From contig JAUVXW010000001.1 of assembly GCA_030603385.1 (NCBI GenBank), positions 32,001 through 96,000 on the forward strand: a stretch of DNA of 64,000 bases, given 5' to 3'. This document shows positions 1-9,722 of this stretch, piece after piece. The notes beneath the pieces were generated by a model. That model was given only the letters and a program-made list of their open reading frames with translations. It was not told the DNA's origin and did not search any database. The translations under genes were made by a program, and so were the position numbers. The number at the start of each line of letters is the position of its first letter. The first letter of the stretch is position 1. This stretch comes from Promethearchaeota archaeon. GTDB taxonomy: Archaea; Asgardarchaeota; Lokiarchaeia; Sigyniarchaeales; SOKP01.

Positions 1-584
1 CAGCACTCAGTCATTATTGGGGGATAAAAAACGATGGAGAGATTAAGGTGAGGGGTATTGAGGTAAGACGCAGAGACATACCAAAAATTGTAAAGGATGC
101 TCAGTATGCATTTATTGATATTTTTCAAGGTGCAAAGACTGTTGATGAGTTCGCGAAAAGGATTCCTGAAGCAAAGAAAAAACTCTATGAATACGTAGAA
201 AGAGTGTATTCCGGTACAGTTACCCGTGAGGATCTTACAATCCGACAGAAGATCTCTCGTAGACCTTCGCAATATAAGGTTAACTCCTATCAAGCTGTTG
301 CCGCAAGACAATTAGAACGATCTGGTGTTATTGCATCTGCTGGAAAAAACGTTCGATATATAATTCTTAACGCCGATGCAGACCCAGATTTCCCTGAAAA
401 GAAGGTTATCCTTTCAGATCTATATGATGAAAAAAAGCACAAATACGACAGGAGAAAATATGTTGAATTGTTAAAAAGATCTTTTGAAAACATCCTTCCC
501 TTCAAATTTCCTGAACTCGAAGAATTATTAAAGTCTGATTATAATAAAAAATCGATTCAAAAAGATCTTTCATGTTTTATATAG
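1..584 (+). CDS. polB: Family B DNA polymerase, C-terminal part (PolB2-like), truncated by window start
   Basis: Frame is open from base 3 (ALSHYWGIKNDGEIKVRGIEVRRRD), matching the PolB Y-x-G...KG.E..RRD thumb motif. It ends in a PIP-like QKDLSCF. The PolB2 subtype is inferred. Confidence 0.8.
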   Translation, partial: ALSHYWGIKNDGEIKVRGIEVRRRDIPKIVKDAQYAFIDIFQGAKTVDEFAKRIPEAKKKLYEYVERVYSGTVTREDLTIRQKISRRPSQYKVNSYQAVAARQLERSGVIASAGKNVRYIILNADADPDFPEKKVILSDLYDEKKHKYDRRKYVELLKRSFENILPFKFPELEELLKSDYNKKSIQKDLSCFI

Positions 585-663
585 GAGATTGGGAGTTCCG
601 ACTTAAATAATAGATTTTTTAATGCTACCGACAAAAAAGTATAATAACCCTTTAATAGTTTCA

Positions 664-673
664 TTTAAATATA
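664..673 (+). promoter_or_regulatory. TATA box upstream of the candidate ncRNA
   Basis: TTTAAATATA lies about 20-25 nt before the first hairpin, and no ORF follows. Confidence 0.5.
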
Positions 674-690
674 ATTCACTCAAATCATAT

Positions 691-990
691 ATTGTTCGCA
701 TCTAACGGTGTGAAGCAATTCGCATCTCATGTGAATGTCGAGAAGTAGTATTAGCATCTCAATGTGTTGTGCCAATTGAATTACTTTCGAGTAAGACAAA
801 TTGGAAAAATTGTACTTCCCTCACAGGAAGAAAAATTATATCTTCGGGTATAGAATTGAATAATAGGTTTTCGGATCTGTTATTCAAAACGATTTAATAC
901 ATTGAAAAACCTATACGAAAGTATGGATTGCTTATACATTGCCGATGAAAACCTTCGGGTTTCATAAGCAGCTTCTCGTCCCTTTATTCT
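691..990 (+). ncRNA. Candidate large structured non-coding RNA, family unknown
   Basis: At least 8 hairpins, with 4 UUCG loops, 1 GAAA loop and 1 UAAC loop. Nested long-range helices at 739-746/971-978, 759-769/895-905 and 808-813/889-894. G-U wobbles fit the + strand. TATA box upstream, T-tract downstream. Confidence 0.7.
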
Positions 991-1073
991 TTTTACTATT
1001 TTTCTAAAACTTAAGACAAATTATGGTCTATTGGATCGTTTTAATATATTAATAATAAAGAAAAAAAAAGAAT

Positions 1074-1616
1074 TTAGGGAAGTGTAATTACTTCAAAAAA
1101 GTCAAATGTAATTATTATTAAGCAGATTAATTCTATGAAAATCCATAGGTTACGTTTTAGACTTCTAATCGCTCCTAGAGGTTTACCGAAATAGTTTATG
1201 AGATTGTATATGAAGATAACTATCCAAGCAGTCCCCAAAAACGCAATAGGAAGAATTAATGTAACAATTTCACGACCCTCATATTTCAGCAAATATTCAT
1301 AGCCAAGAATTGAAAATCCAATAATCACAAGAGTGAAACCAAGGCCAAATGAATATTCTGCGAAAGTTACAAAACGTTTAATTCGCTCATCATTAACATC
1401 TTCTGAATTGGCTTCAAAACTTGCTTTTGAATTAGCAGATACGGAATTAACAAAGAAGATAAATGAAAGCATTAGTAAGAATGTTGAAGTAACAATACCG
1501 TTATCGGGAGGTAATTGCCAAATTAACGCAAGAATTGTTAATACCGCACCAATCATTACAGTGCTTAATGTTATCCAGTCTTTAACATTTATTTTCTGAC
1601 TTTCTTCACGACTCAT
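1074..1616 (-). CDS. Hypothetical integral membrane protein (~5 TM)
   Basis: Hydrophobic helices. The ATG at 1616 (MSREE) follows AGGTAA and is preferred over the 1694 TTG. Confidence 0.7.
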   Translation of the reverse strand: MSREESQKINVKDWITLSTVMIGAVLTILALIWQLPPDNGIVTSTFLLMLSFIFFVNSVSANSKASFEANSEDVNDERIKRFVTFAEYSFGLGFTLVIIGFSILGYEYLLKYEGREIVTLILPIAFLGTAWIVIFIYNLINYFGKPLGAIRSLKRNLWIFIELICLIIITFDFFEVITLP

Positions 1617-1723
1617 TTTTATTACCTGAAAACCAAAATGAATTAAACTTACTAAAATCTCAGTATTTAAAAATGTTAATATTGCTTTGGACAAAAAAGA
1701 ATTAAAAAAATTAGATCTACTAA

Positions 1724-2344
1724 TTAAAATGGTTGTCTAATAACAGTTTTCATAGTTGCGAGATTAGCTTTTCTTGGATCACTAAGATAGATTTCATGAT
1801 GTTTAGTTTTAAGACCATCAAATTTACCACCCTCTTTCTGAATGAAATCATGTACCTTTTGAATAGTCGGACCTTCCTCAGAGTATGGTCCTATATGCAT
1901 AATCTGAGCTGCTTTCCCTTCTTTATACTTTTCCAATCGGAGTTTTGGTAGTAATTCCGAAAGTTTGGGCTTTTTCTCTTTAGTAATAGCTATCGCTTCA
2001 TTAATCATATCCTGAGTAATCCAATCAGGTTGCCTTATCATCATCGTCCATTTCCATTTATCTCTATTTCCTTCTGTAAAATCATTCATATCATCTGCAA
2101 ACCAAAGTCCCTCCAAAGGAGGCACTACATAGTCTTTACCCTTAGCTTTACTAAGGAATTTGGTTCTAAACGACACCGGGTAAAGAACCGCGAGAGCATC
2201 CTGGTATTCTTTAGAATCTCCTGGAGAACCCATCCCATCTATCATTAGAAATTGCATTTCTGGAACTTCAATTATTACTGGTTTTTGAGCACTTGGTTGA
2301 TAAAGCTCTTTTTGTGACTTTTTAAAATCAATTTTTACTGGCAT
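1724..2344 (-). CDS. GyrI-like small-molecule-binding domain protein
   Basis: FLMIDGxGxP, VPPLEGLW, WKWTMMIRQP, HIGPYSEE and HHEIYLSDPR motifs. Confidence 0.9.
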   Translation of the reverse strand: MPVKIDFKKSQKELYQPSAQKPVIIEVPEMQFLMIDGMGSPGDSKEYQDALAVLYPVSFRTKFLSKAKGKDYVVPPLEGLWFADDMNDFTEGNRDKWKWTMMIRQPDWITQDMINEAIAITKEKKPKLSELLPKLRLEKYKEGKAAQIMHIGPYSEEGPTIQKVHDFIQKEGGKFDGLKTKHHEIYLSDPRKANLATMKTVIRQPF

Positions 2345-2459
2345 TTACACCTACACTCTCTTTCAATTTCTTAAGAATCTCTTGGTTGAAATGATTTTGC
2401 AGGACAATTGTTTACATCCAGAGTTGCTGGAACTTCATGACCAAAGCAATCTCCTTTTG

Positions 2460-2696
2460 TTAAATCCCATCTGTATGCTCAATTACATAATCAAGATTTT
2501 TTTTCATAGCAGCTATGGAATCTACTTCTTCACCATCCATAGATCGGTCTGAATGAGAGATCGTACCAAGGCCACCAGCTTCTGTGACCGCTATAGCCAA
2601 TTCTGTTGTTCTATAAGGTCTCATAGGAGCACTTGCGAGGGGGTGCTTAATTCCAAACATTTCAGTAATATTCGTTATTATTGTCAGATATAACAC
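2460..2696 (-). pseudogene. Truncated nitronate monooxygenase / FabK-like flavoprotein (N-terminal fragment)
   Basis: ITEMFGIKHPLASAPM...ELAIAVTEAGGLGTI is the family N-terminus. It stops after 78 aa, whereas the family is over 300 aa. Confidence 0.75.
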
Positions 2697-2839
2697 CTTC
2701 GATTCTAATTGAATTTGTAACTAAAAAATTTCCTTTTTATTTGTAGTTTTTCTTAATTTAAAAAGTAGCAACTCAAGAAGGAAACGGAAATATGTTCTCT
2801 TTTCCTATAATTACTTCTGTCAAGACAAGACGGTTTATT

Positions 2840-3238
2840 TTAGGGTTTCTCATAGTTTATTTGCAAAAACTCTATAATGTGACCGAAGATGTCAGTTGTA
2901 TCGAAGTAAACAAATTTTGCGGGAGAAATGATCCCTCCTAGAACTTGTTTAAAACCTTTTGAATCCCACTCTTTGATTTTCTCATCAATATTTTCAACTA
3001 GAAATCCTATATGATGAAGGCCCACATTGCCATCCTCTAAAAACTTATAAAATATTGAGTTTCTATCTTGAGGCTCAATCAAATCTATCTGTAGCTTTCC
3101 AATCATGGATCTTGCTACTTTTACTACACCCATATCAATCCGATTAAATTTTTCTATACCAAAAAGATTCTTGAATTGTTTAACTGCTTCTTCACCATTT
3201 TTATACACAAATCCAATATGATGGATCTCACCAAACAT
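2840..3238 (-). CDS. VOC/glyoxalase family protein (methylmalonyl-CoA epimerase-like)
   Basis: IHHIGFV, LIEP, GLHHIGFLV and FDT...IIEF motifs. Confidence 0.85.
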   Translation of the reverse strand: MFGEIHHIGFVYKNGEEAVKQFKNLFGIEKFNRIDMGVVKVARSMIGKLQIDLIEPQDRNSIFYKFLEDGNVGLHHIGFLVENIDEKIKEWDSKGFKQVLGGIISPAKFVYFDTTDIFGHIIEFLQINYEKP

Positions 3239-3329
3239 TGATTAAAATCACCCTTTTTACATTTTTTATTAAAAAATAATATATTATTAAAAAATTCTTT
3301 CTTTAGACTTGAAAATTCTCTTTTTATTA

Positions 3330-4541
3330 CTAGAACTGAAAGTCCACTTTTTTTTCAGTTTCTTCCCCAATTGGTTTATTAAATCCTTTATAAATGTCCT
3401 TTTGAATTATGTATTTCATAATTTCATCAGTACCACCACCTATTCGGTGGAGTCTTATATCCCTTAGTAACCGTTCTACTGGATATTTGTTTGTGTAACC
3501 AATACCACCCATAATTTGCAATGCTTCATCACAAATCTTATGTGTACTTGTGACAACAAACAGTTTGCACATAGCACAAAGTGCGGGGTTCTGTGAGTTT
3601 TGGGCTGCTTTTCCGTATAATGCCTTGCCTGCTTCAAAGTTTGCAACCATTTCAGCAATTTTAAAACTTATTCCTTCAAATTCACTTATGGGTTTTTTAA
3701 ACTGTACCCTTTCCTGAGAATATTTAACTGCGATTTCGATTGCTCGTTTAGCTACCGCCAGGGCTTGTAGTGACATAGCCACCCTTTCTGGACCAAGGAA
3801 TTGTTGCATACTTGAAATTGCAGATGTTCTCTTTCGCTGAGATCCTTCGGTTGCGGGTTTTAATTCCCTGTAAAATAAGAGGTTTTCTTTCGGAACTTTT
3901 ACATCTGTAAACTTCAGATGCCCCAGGTTTAAACCGTGAAGTCCCATTAATTTATATTCTTCAAGCATCTCAAATCCCTTAAAATCGGATTCAACAATAA
4001 ATGCTCCGTTTCGCCCGTAAACAACCATTACATCGGCTACAGTACCGTTAGTTATAAATCTTTTTTCACCGTTAAGTATAAAATCACCATCTTCGTCCTT
4101 TCTATAAATAGTTTTCATCCTTGAAAGATCAGATCCTGCATCAGGTTCGGTAAAACAAAAACATCCTTTTTTTTCCCCAGTGATTATAGGTTTAACGTAT
4201 TTCCCGAGAGCCTCTTCTTTTCTAAAAGCTCTTATCAAGCCTGCGGGATAGACGGATGAACCTCGTACCATATCATAAACCAAACTCTCATATGATAATG
4301 CCTCTGATAGTAACATTTCTTGGAAATAAGAACCACCCCTACCTCCCAATTCTTTAGGATACATTAATCCAAGCAAGCCCTTTTTTCCTAAAGGTTCCAA
4401 AACATCCCAAACACTAATTTTACCATCTTCCATATCTTGCGTTTTAGGAGCAACTTCTGATGCAATTAGTCCATCAATCTCATTTTTAAACTCAATATCT
4501 TTTTCACTGAGGAGTTCGAGATCAATTACAATTTTTTTCAT
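3330..4541 (-). CDS. Acyl-CoA dehydrogenase
   Basis: FTEPDAGSD, LNGEKRFITNG, RVQFKKPI, QIMGGIGY and IGGGTDEI motifs. Confidence 0.95.
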   Translation of the reverse strand: MKKIVIDLELLSEKDIEFKNEIDGLIASEVAPKTQDMEDGKISVWDVLEPLGKKGLLGLMYPKELGGRGGSYFQEMLLSEALSYESLVYDMVRGSSVYPAGLIRAFRKEEALGKYVKPIITGEKKGCFCFTEPDAGSDLSRMKTIYRKDEDGDFILNGEKRFITNGTVADVMVVYGRNGAFIVESDFKGFEMLEEYKLMGLHGLNLGHLKFTDVKVPKENLLFYRELKPATEGSQRKRTSAISSMQQFLGPERVAMSLQALAVAKRAIEIAVKYSQERVQFKKPISEFEGISFKIAEMVANFEAGKALYGKAAQNSQNPALCAMCKLFVVTSTHKICDEALQIMGGIGYTNKYPVERLLRDIRLHRIGGGTDEIMKYIIQKDIYKGFNKPIGEETEKKVDFQF

Positions 4542-4556
4542 TTTTCATCAATTTGC

Positions 4557-4814
4557 TTAATTTTCTATAAATAATTTGAATAAACCAAATTTTATAATCT
4601 TTCTCCCATCCACCCACTGAAACATGAATTCACCGGGTTCTAAAATACATTTCTCCTCATTATTTATCAAAGCCATTGTCTTGGTGTTATTGTAAACGAA
4701 ATTTTTTTCTTTTTTCGCTTTTTGAGATTGATTTTTTTTATACCTTGAAGTTTCGATGAGATTTTTGTCGGCAAAAATCCTTCTAAATTGTTCCAGATTT
4801 TTTGTCGGCATCAA
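4557..4814 (-). CDS. Hypothetical protein (uncertain)
   Basis: 85-aa ORF abutting the acyl-CoA dehydrogenase gene, with no recognisable motif. Confidence 0.35.
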   Translation of the reverse strand: MMPTKNLEQFRRIFADKNLIETSRYKKNQSQKAKKEKNFVYNNTKTMALINNEEKCILEPGEFMFQWVDGRKIIKFGLFKLFIEN

Positions 4815-4960
4815 CTTACAAAACTGTTAATTACGTTCCTTCAGTACGTAATTTTGACAAAATATTCAAAACTAAATATTTAGATTTTTATTAGGTTCTT
4901 GGATATTAGAAAATTATTACACTGTATTGATTTATTTGAATAAACTATCATCTTAAAATT

Positions 4961-5125
4961 ATGTCAAAAGCAGTATCGTATTACGATTGGAAATTATCAT
5001 TTCAAAGAAAAATTGATACCAAAGAGGATGAATTAAATGATAATAAACCGGTTAATACATTAGGTATTTCTGAAAACAATTTTAAAGATTTTATAAAAAA
5101 TTGGAAAGAGAAAAATCTTAATTAA
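4961..5125 (+). CDS. Small hypothetical protein (54 aa, not in ORF track)
   Basis: ATG to TAA, encoding MSKAVSYYDWKLSFQRKIDTKEDELNDNKPVNTLGISENNFKDFIKNWKEKNLN, in an otherwise empty gap. Confidence 0.5.
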   Translation: MSKAVSYYDWKLSFQRKIDTKEDELNDNKPVNTLGISENNFKDFIKNWKEKNLN

Positions 5126-5189
5126 ATTGTTAACTTCTTATTTTCTGTTTTTTAGATTTTGATTCACTTATATTATTTCTAAATTATAA

Positions 5190-7784
5190 CTATTCTATTA
5201 CATCATAACGGTTAAAGAGTCGAACGATTATTTTTACAAACCAAAAATACTTTTTTGACATTTTACTTACTAGTGAGTTTAAAAATGGCATTGAGTCGTC
5301 TGCTTTTGAGGGGATATTTTTTTCAAAATCTGGATAATTTAATCCACCCGTAGCTTTAGGAGGACTACCAAAGCTTTTAACGTTTTTCCAATCATTTTCA
5401 TTTGTTCTTGATCCTACCCATGTTTTATCTGTTTTAATCTGAATTATTTTTTCTGACCTTAACTTTATAATCCCGTATATATTGATTGGGCCAATACCGC
5501 CAATATAATCAATATTTTCGATCAAAATCGCATTTTCACCTTTTTGAATAAATTCTCCAAAGTTAAAAATTTTAATATTGTTTTCAATCCCCACACAGTT
5601 AAGCGTTCGCCTTGTTATAACATGTCCCATATATATTCCATTTATAGAAACTTTTGAAAAACAACCTGCTATTACCTGTAAATAAGCTTGTTCAACTTCT
5701 TCATCAATCTGAATAATTTTCCTGTAAAATGTTGAATGAACTTGATGGATAAAACTTGAATCTAAATAAATTAATTCACTAGGGATATTAGGATCCTGCC
5801 ACTTTTTATTACTTCTAAGCTCTTCTAATTTTTCATTGTAAAATTTCAATAACCATAGATACTTTTGCTCAACTGGTTTAAAACCATCTTCCTTAGAACA
5901 ATTAAGCCAAAGAATTTCATATTCATTTAACAGATTCTTTAAATCTGATATCAAATTCTCAATTTCATTAATGCACTTATCTTTGAGAATTGATCTTCCT
6001 CTTTTTAGATGAAAATCAACAACATTTAATGAGTTAATTCTTTTTTTGCAATAAAATCTTATGTGCTTAGCTATAAATGAAAGATTTCTGATATTTATAC
6101 TATTTTTTAAGACGATTTTTTCCAATTCTTCACATTTTTCAATTACCTCATCCATGTCAGAAATTAAATCCTTAAAACCCTTAATCTTAATATTTTTTCT
6201 ATATTTCGATGTGTTTTTGTTAAAAGGATGAGCAAAGAAGTGGTTATAATAGCTGGATGAGCGTGTGTGCAATAAATTTTTATCTTGTATTAATCGAAAC
6301 TTACTAAATATCTCGATTAATCGATGGTCATTTATACCAAAGAAATGAATAATTAAACCTATCCAGAAAATAGCTTTATTAATCTCTTTACCTGGGTCCC
6401 AACCTACCATAGCAGAGAATAAAAATCCATACATTCTGTTTTCTCGAATTTCTTTATTCCTATAATCACCCCAGCTTGAAGTAATTTCTCCATTTATTCC
6501 TTTATTATACCCATACTTAATTAGGTTGGTAATATTTTGCTCATATTTATCAATAGATGGAAATATTCGATTGAAATCCATTATTGAAGGACTTACTATT
6601 ATTGGAAAATCATAATTCTTAATTTTGTCTAATATTGGATGACTTTTTTTACTATTATACTTCCAATACATTATTATCATGTCTTTAGGAAGATTTTCAA
6701 GAACATCTTCATATTTGTAAAGAATATCATGATAAATAACCACCTTCTTATATCCATGTTTTTTGACTATATCGTATACTTTTTTATAATGATTAAGGTA
6801 TGCATTCCCAAGACCCTTTTCTTCAATACATTGCTTTGAATTTACTTTTCCAACATCAAAACTTTCATCTGCTCCAATATGAAAATATTCCGAAGTAAAA
6901 ACTTCACTTAATTCGCCAATCATTTTATCTAAAATTTCATAAATATCTTTATTTGCAATATTTACACTATTTGAACCTGGGAATTCTCCATACTTCCAAT
7001 ATCTTGGATTATGTAAAATATTATCCCAATGCCCAATAGTTTGAAAAATTGGAATTATTTCAACAAACCTATTTTTTGCAAACTCAATTAACTCTTCTAT
7101 TTCTTCTTTTGAATAGGCACCTCTATCCTTTCCAATATCAGGATAATTTTTAAACCTAAACATATCTTGCATATAAACTAAATAATATTGATTTATTTTG
7201 AAATGACTTAAATTCTTAATGAATTTCTTTAAGTTTTCAATTTTTGGTGCTTGACCTCTTGAAATATCATCAGAAACACCACGAATTTGTAAAGCAGGAA
7301 AATCTAATATTTTTATATTATTTATTGATAATTTATCCTGACTTGAATTTAATAATTGAATAAAGGTCTGAACACCATAGAAAATTCCTTGTAAGGAATT
7401 TGCTTCTATAATGAGTTTAGAATCTCTTGAAATTAAGAGATATCCTTGATCTCTATAATTTTTATTTGTTATAACTTTATCATAAAGTGTTTCTGGAAAA
7501 AGGGTAATATTTTCATCTAAAAATAATTTTATTTCCGACAATTTCTCAAGATTTTGTACTCTAATAATTTCTAATCTTTCTTTCAAACTAAAAGATAATA
7601 GGGTGTCTTGTATTTGCTCGATTATATAATGAAAGTCTTCTGCCAAATCTGTGAATAATTTTGTATATTCATTAATTTTCATTTTGTATGAATTATTCAT
7701 CTTAACGTATCGTGGGTTAGGGATCAAAAATATTTCTTCTTTGATTCCTTCGGCTTTAACTAAATTCTCTAAATAAATAAACAT
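5190..7784 (-). CDS. Glycoside hydrolase family 20 (beta-N-acetylhexosaminidase-like) with C-terminal extension
   Basis: [26 protein letters not shown], catalytic HIGADE and MYWKY motifs. Confidence 0.9.
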   Translation of the reverse strand: MFIYLENLVKAEGIKEEIFLIPNPRYVKMNNSYKMKINEYTKLFTDLAEDFHYIIEQIQDTLLSFSLKERLEIIRVQNLEKLSEIKLFLDENITLFPETLYDKVITNKNYRDQGYLLISRDSKLIIEANSLQGIFYGVQTFIQLLNSSQDKLSINNIKILDFPALQIRGVSDDISRGQAPKIENLKKFIKNLSHFKINQYYLVYMQDMFRFKNYPDIGKDRGAYSKEEIEELIEFAKNRFVEIIPIFQTIGHWDNILHNPRYWKYGEFPGSNSVNIANKDIYEILDKMIGELSEVFTSEYFHIGADESFDVGKVNSKQCIEEKGLGNAYLNHYKKVYDIVKKHGYKKVVIYHDILYKYEDVLENLPKDMIIMYWKYNSKKSHPILDKIKNYDFPIIVSPSIMDFNRIFPSIDKYEQNITNLIKYGYNKGINGEITSSWGDYRNKEIRENRMYGFLFSAMVGWDPGKEINKAIFWIGLIIHFFGINDHRLIEIFSKFRLIQDKNLLHTRSSSYYNHFFAHPFNKNTSKYRKNIKIKGFKDLISDMDEVIEKCEELEKIVLKNSINIRNLSFIAKHIRFYCKKRINSLNVVDFHLKRGRSILKDKCINEIENLISDLKNLLNEYEILWLNCSKEDGFKPVEQKYLWLLKFYNEKLEELRSNKKWQDPNIPSELIYLDSSFIHQVHSTFYRKIIQIDEEVEQAYLQVIAGCFSKVSINGIYMGHVITRRTLNCVGIENNIKIFNFGEFIQKGENAILIENIDYIGGIGPINIYGIIKLRSEKIIQIKTDKTWVGSRTNENDWKNVKSFGSPPKATGGLNYPDFEKNIPSKADDSMPFLNSLVSKMSKKYFWFVKIIVRLFNRYDVIE

Positions 7785-7935
7785 AATATTATTTAAATGG
7801 TATGAAAAAAAATAAATTTAGCTAAAAATAGAAAATTTAAATAAACCAGAAATTAATAACAGTTATTTTTCTAGGTTTGATGACTTGAAAATTTTCGAAA
7901 AAAAGAAAATTGTTTATAAGAATTTTATTTCTAAT

Positions 7936-9633
7936 TTATACTTCTTCTCCTCTTCTTCTAGCTTCTATTTCCTTTAGATCTTTTCTCAAAACTTTTCCCA
8001 CTAACGTCTCAGGTAATTCTTTTCTGAATTCTATGTATTTTGGTACTTTATAGGGCGCCACATTCTTTCTAAGAAAATCTTTAATTTCAGCTTGAATTTC
8101 ATCAGTTTCTTTATATCCATCCTTTAATACTATAAATGCTTTCACTTGTTCATTTCCAGGTATATCTGGGTTGGGGATTCCAATTATTGATGCATTTTCG
8201 ACAGCTTCATGTTCAAATAACACATCCTCGACTTCTCTTGGATACACTTTGAATCCACTGATATTTATCATGTCCTTCTTCCTGTCAACTATATATAAAT
8301 AGCCGTCCTCATCCATTTTTCCAATATCTCCGGTTAAAAGCCATTCCCCTTTCAATTGACCTGCAGTTTCTTCTGGTTTATTCCAATATCCTTTCATAAC
8401 TTGTGGACCTTTAATCATAATCTCACCTGATTCGCCTTGGGGAACGATTTTAGTGTAGTCATCAATATCAACGATTTTATATTCAGTACTTGATATTGCA
8501 AGCCCTACAGAACCAATTTTTCTTGTTCCCTTTAATGGATTAACATGAGTCGCAGGTCCGCATTCTGTCATTCCATATCCTTCGATTATTACTGCTCCTG
8601 TTCTTTGTTCAAACTCCTTAAGAACTTCAGGTGGCATTGGAGCAGCACCAGAATTACAAACTTTGATTGACCTGAGGTCTTTAGCATAGTCTTCAAGATC
8701 ATCACGCTCTAATAGACGCATGTACATCGTTGGTACACCAGGAAACATTGCAGGATGAGTTGCTTTAATTACTTCAAATAAGCCTTTTTGATCTCGAGGA
8801 TCGGGGTGTAAAGCGATGGTTGTTCCACTGTATATAAAACTGTTCATACAAACTTGCATTCCATATATATGGAACAATGGTAGGGTCGTAAGTGCAGTCA
8901 TTTTCCCTCTCCTCCCTATAGACTTTGTCCATTCGTACATCTGCACACAATTGGCTACTAGAGAATAATGTGTAAGCATTGCTCCTTTAGGTAAACCGGT
9001 TGTTCCTCCTGTATATTGTAGAACTGCGACATCTTCTTTTGCGTTAGTCTCAAATTTGGGAGGATTAGGCTTTGTTTTTTCGATTAAGTTTAGAAGTTGA
9101 AGCGTTCCCGCTATTTCTGGAGGTACCCTTTTACCTAATTGATCAGCCATCGGAGCATAATCAAATACATTCGTAATTATTATATGTCTAAGACGTGTTC
9201 TTTCCTTGATATTCATAATTTTTTCTAATTGATTATCCCATGCTATGATTATTTCTGCACCCGCATCATTTAATTGATATGCTAACTCATGTTCTGTATG
9301 AAGTACACTACATGCAGTAACAGTTCCTCCTGCCTTCAAGATGCCATAAAAACTAAACATAAATTGAGGCATATTCGGTAGCATAATCGCTACCACATCA
9401 CCTTTCTTCACACCCAAATCTACAAGAGCAGTAGCAAGCCTTTCAGCAATATCTTTGAATTTTTTATACGAAATTTTATGTTTCATAAACCAAATAGCAG
9501 TTCTACTACCAAATTCTTTTGTTGTATTATCAAGAAACTCTGAAATATTCATCTCAGGGATATCTGCTTCGGCTGGAACATCGTCATCATAGTGCTTTAA
9601 CCAAGGCTTTGCAGCATATGGATTTTCACTCAT
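7936..9633 (-). CDS. fadD: Long-chain fatty acid-CoA ligase
   Basis: YTGGTTGLPKG, EGYGMTE, TGDIG, DRKKDMI and LPETLVGK motifs. Confidence 0.93.
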   Translation of the reverse strand: MSENPYAAKPWLKHYDDDVPAEADIPEMNISEFLDNTTKEFGSRTAIWFMKHKISYKKFKDIAERLATALVDLGVKKGDVVAIMLPNMPQFMFSFYGILKAGGTVTACSVLHTEHELAYQLNDAGAEIIIAWDNQLEKIMNIKERTRLRHIIITNVFDYAPMADQLGKRVPPEIAGTLQLLNLIEKTKPNPPKFETNAKEDVAVLQYTGGTTGLPKGAMLTHYSLVANCVQMYEWTKSIGRRGKMTALTTLPLFHIYGMQVCMNSFIYSGTTIALHPDPRDQKGLFEVIKATHPAMFPGVPTMYMRLLERDDLEDYAKDLRSIKVCNSGAAPMPPEVLKEFEQRTGAVIIEGYGMTECGPATHVNPLKGTRKIGSVGLAISSTEYKIVDIDDYTKIVPQGESGEIMIKGPQVMKGYWNKPEETAGQLKGEWLLTGDIGKMDEDGYLYIVDRKKDMINISGFKVYPREVEDVLFEHEAVENASIIGIPNPDIPGNEQVKAFIVLKDGYKETDEIQAEIKDFLRKNVAPYKVPKYIEFRKELPETLVGKVLRKDLKEIEARRRGEEV

Positions 9634-9722
9634 TTTTATTCAACTACATTTTATTTATTATTTTTAATTAAATTCTATTGATAATTTATTATATAGTTAA
9701 AAAAAATCAATTCATATTAAAG

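Noticed and set aside
940-970. Hammerhead ribozyme core (CCGATGA-stem-...)
   Set aside because: A hammerhead needs CUGANGA and GAAA after stem II. The sequence has CCGAUGA and CAUA.
691-990. RNase P RNA, SRP RNA or SECIS element
   Set aside because: I could not find the GAGGAAAGUCC/P4 motif or an SRP helix-8 motif, and there is no upstream UGA-containing selenoprotein candidate.
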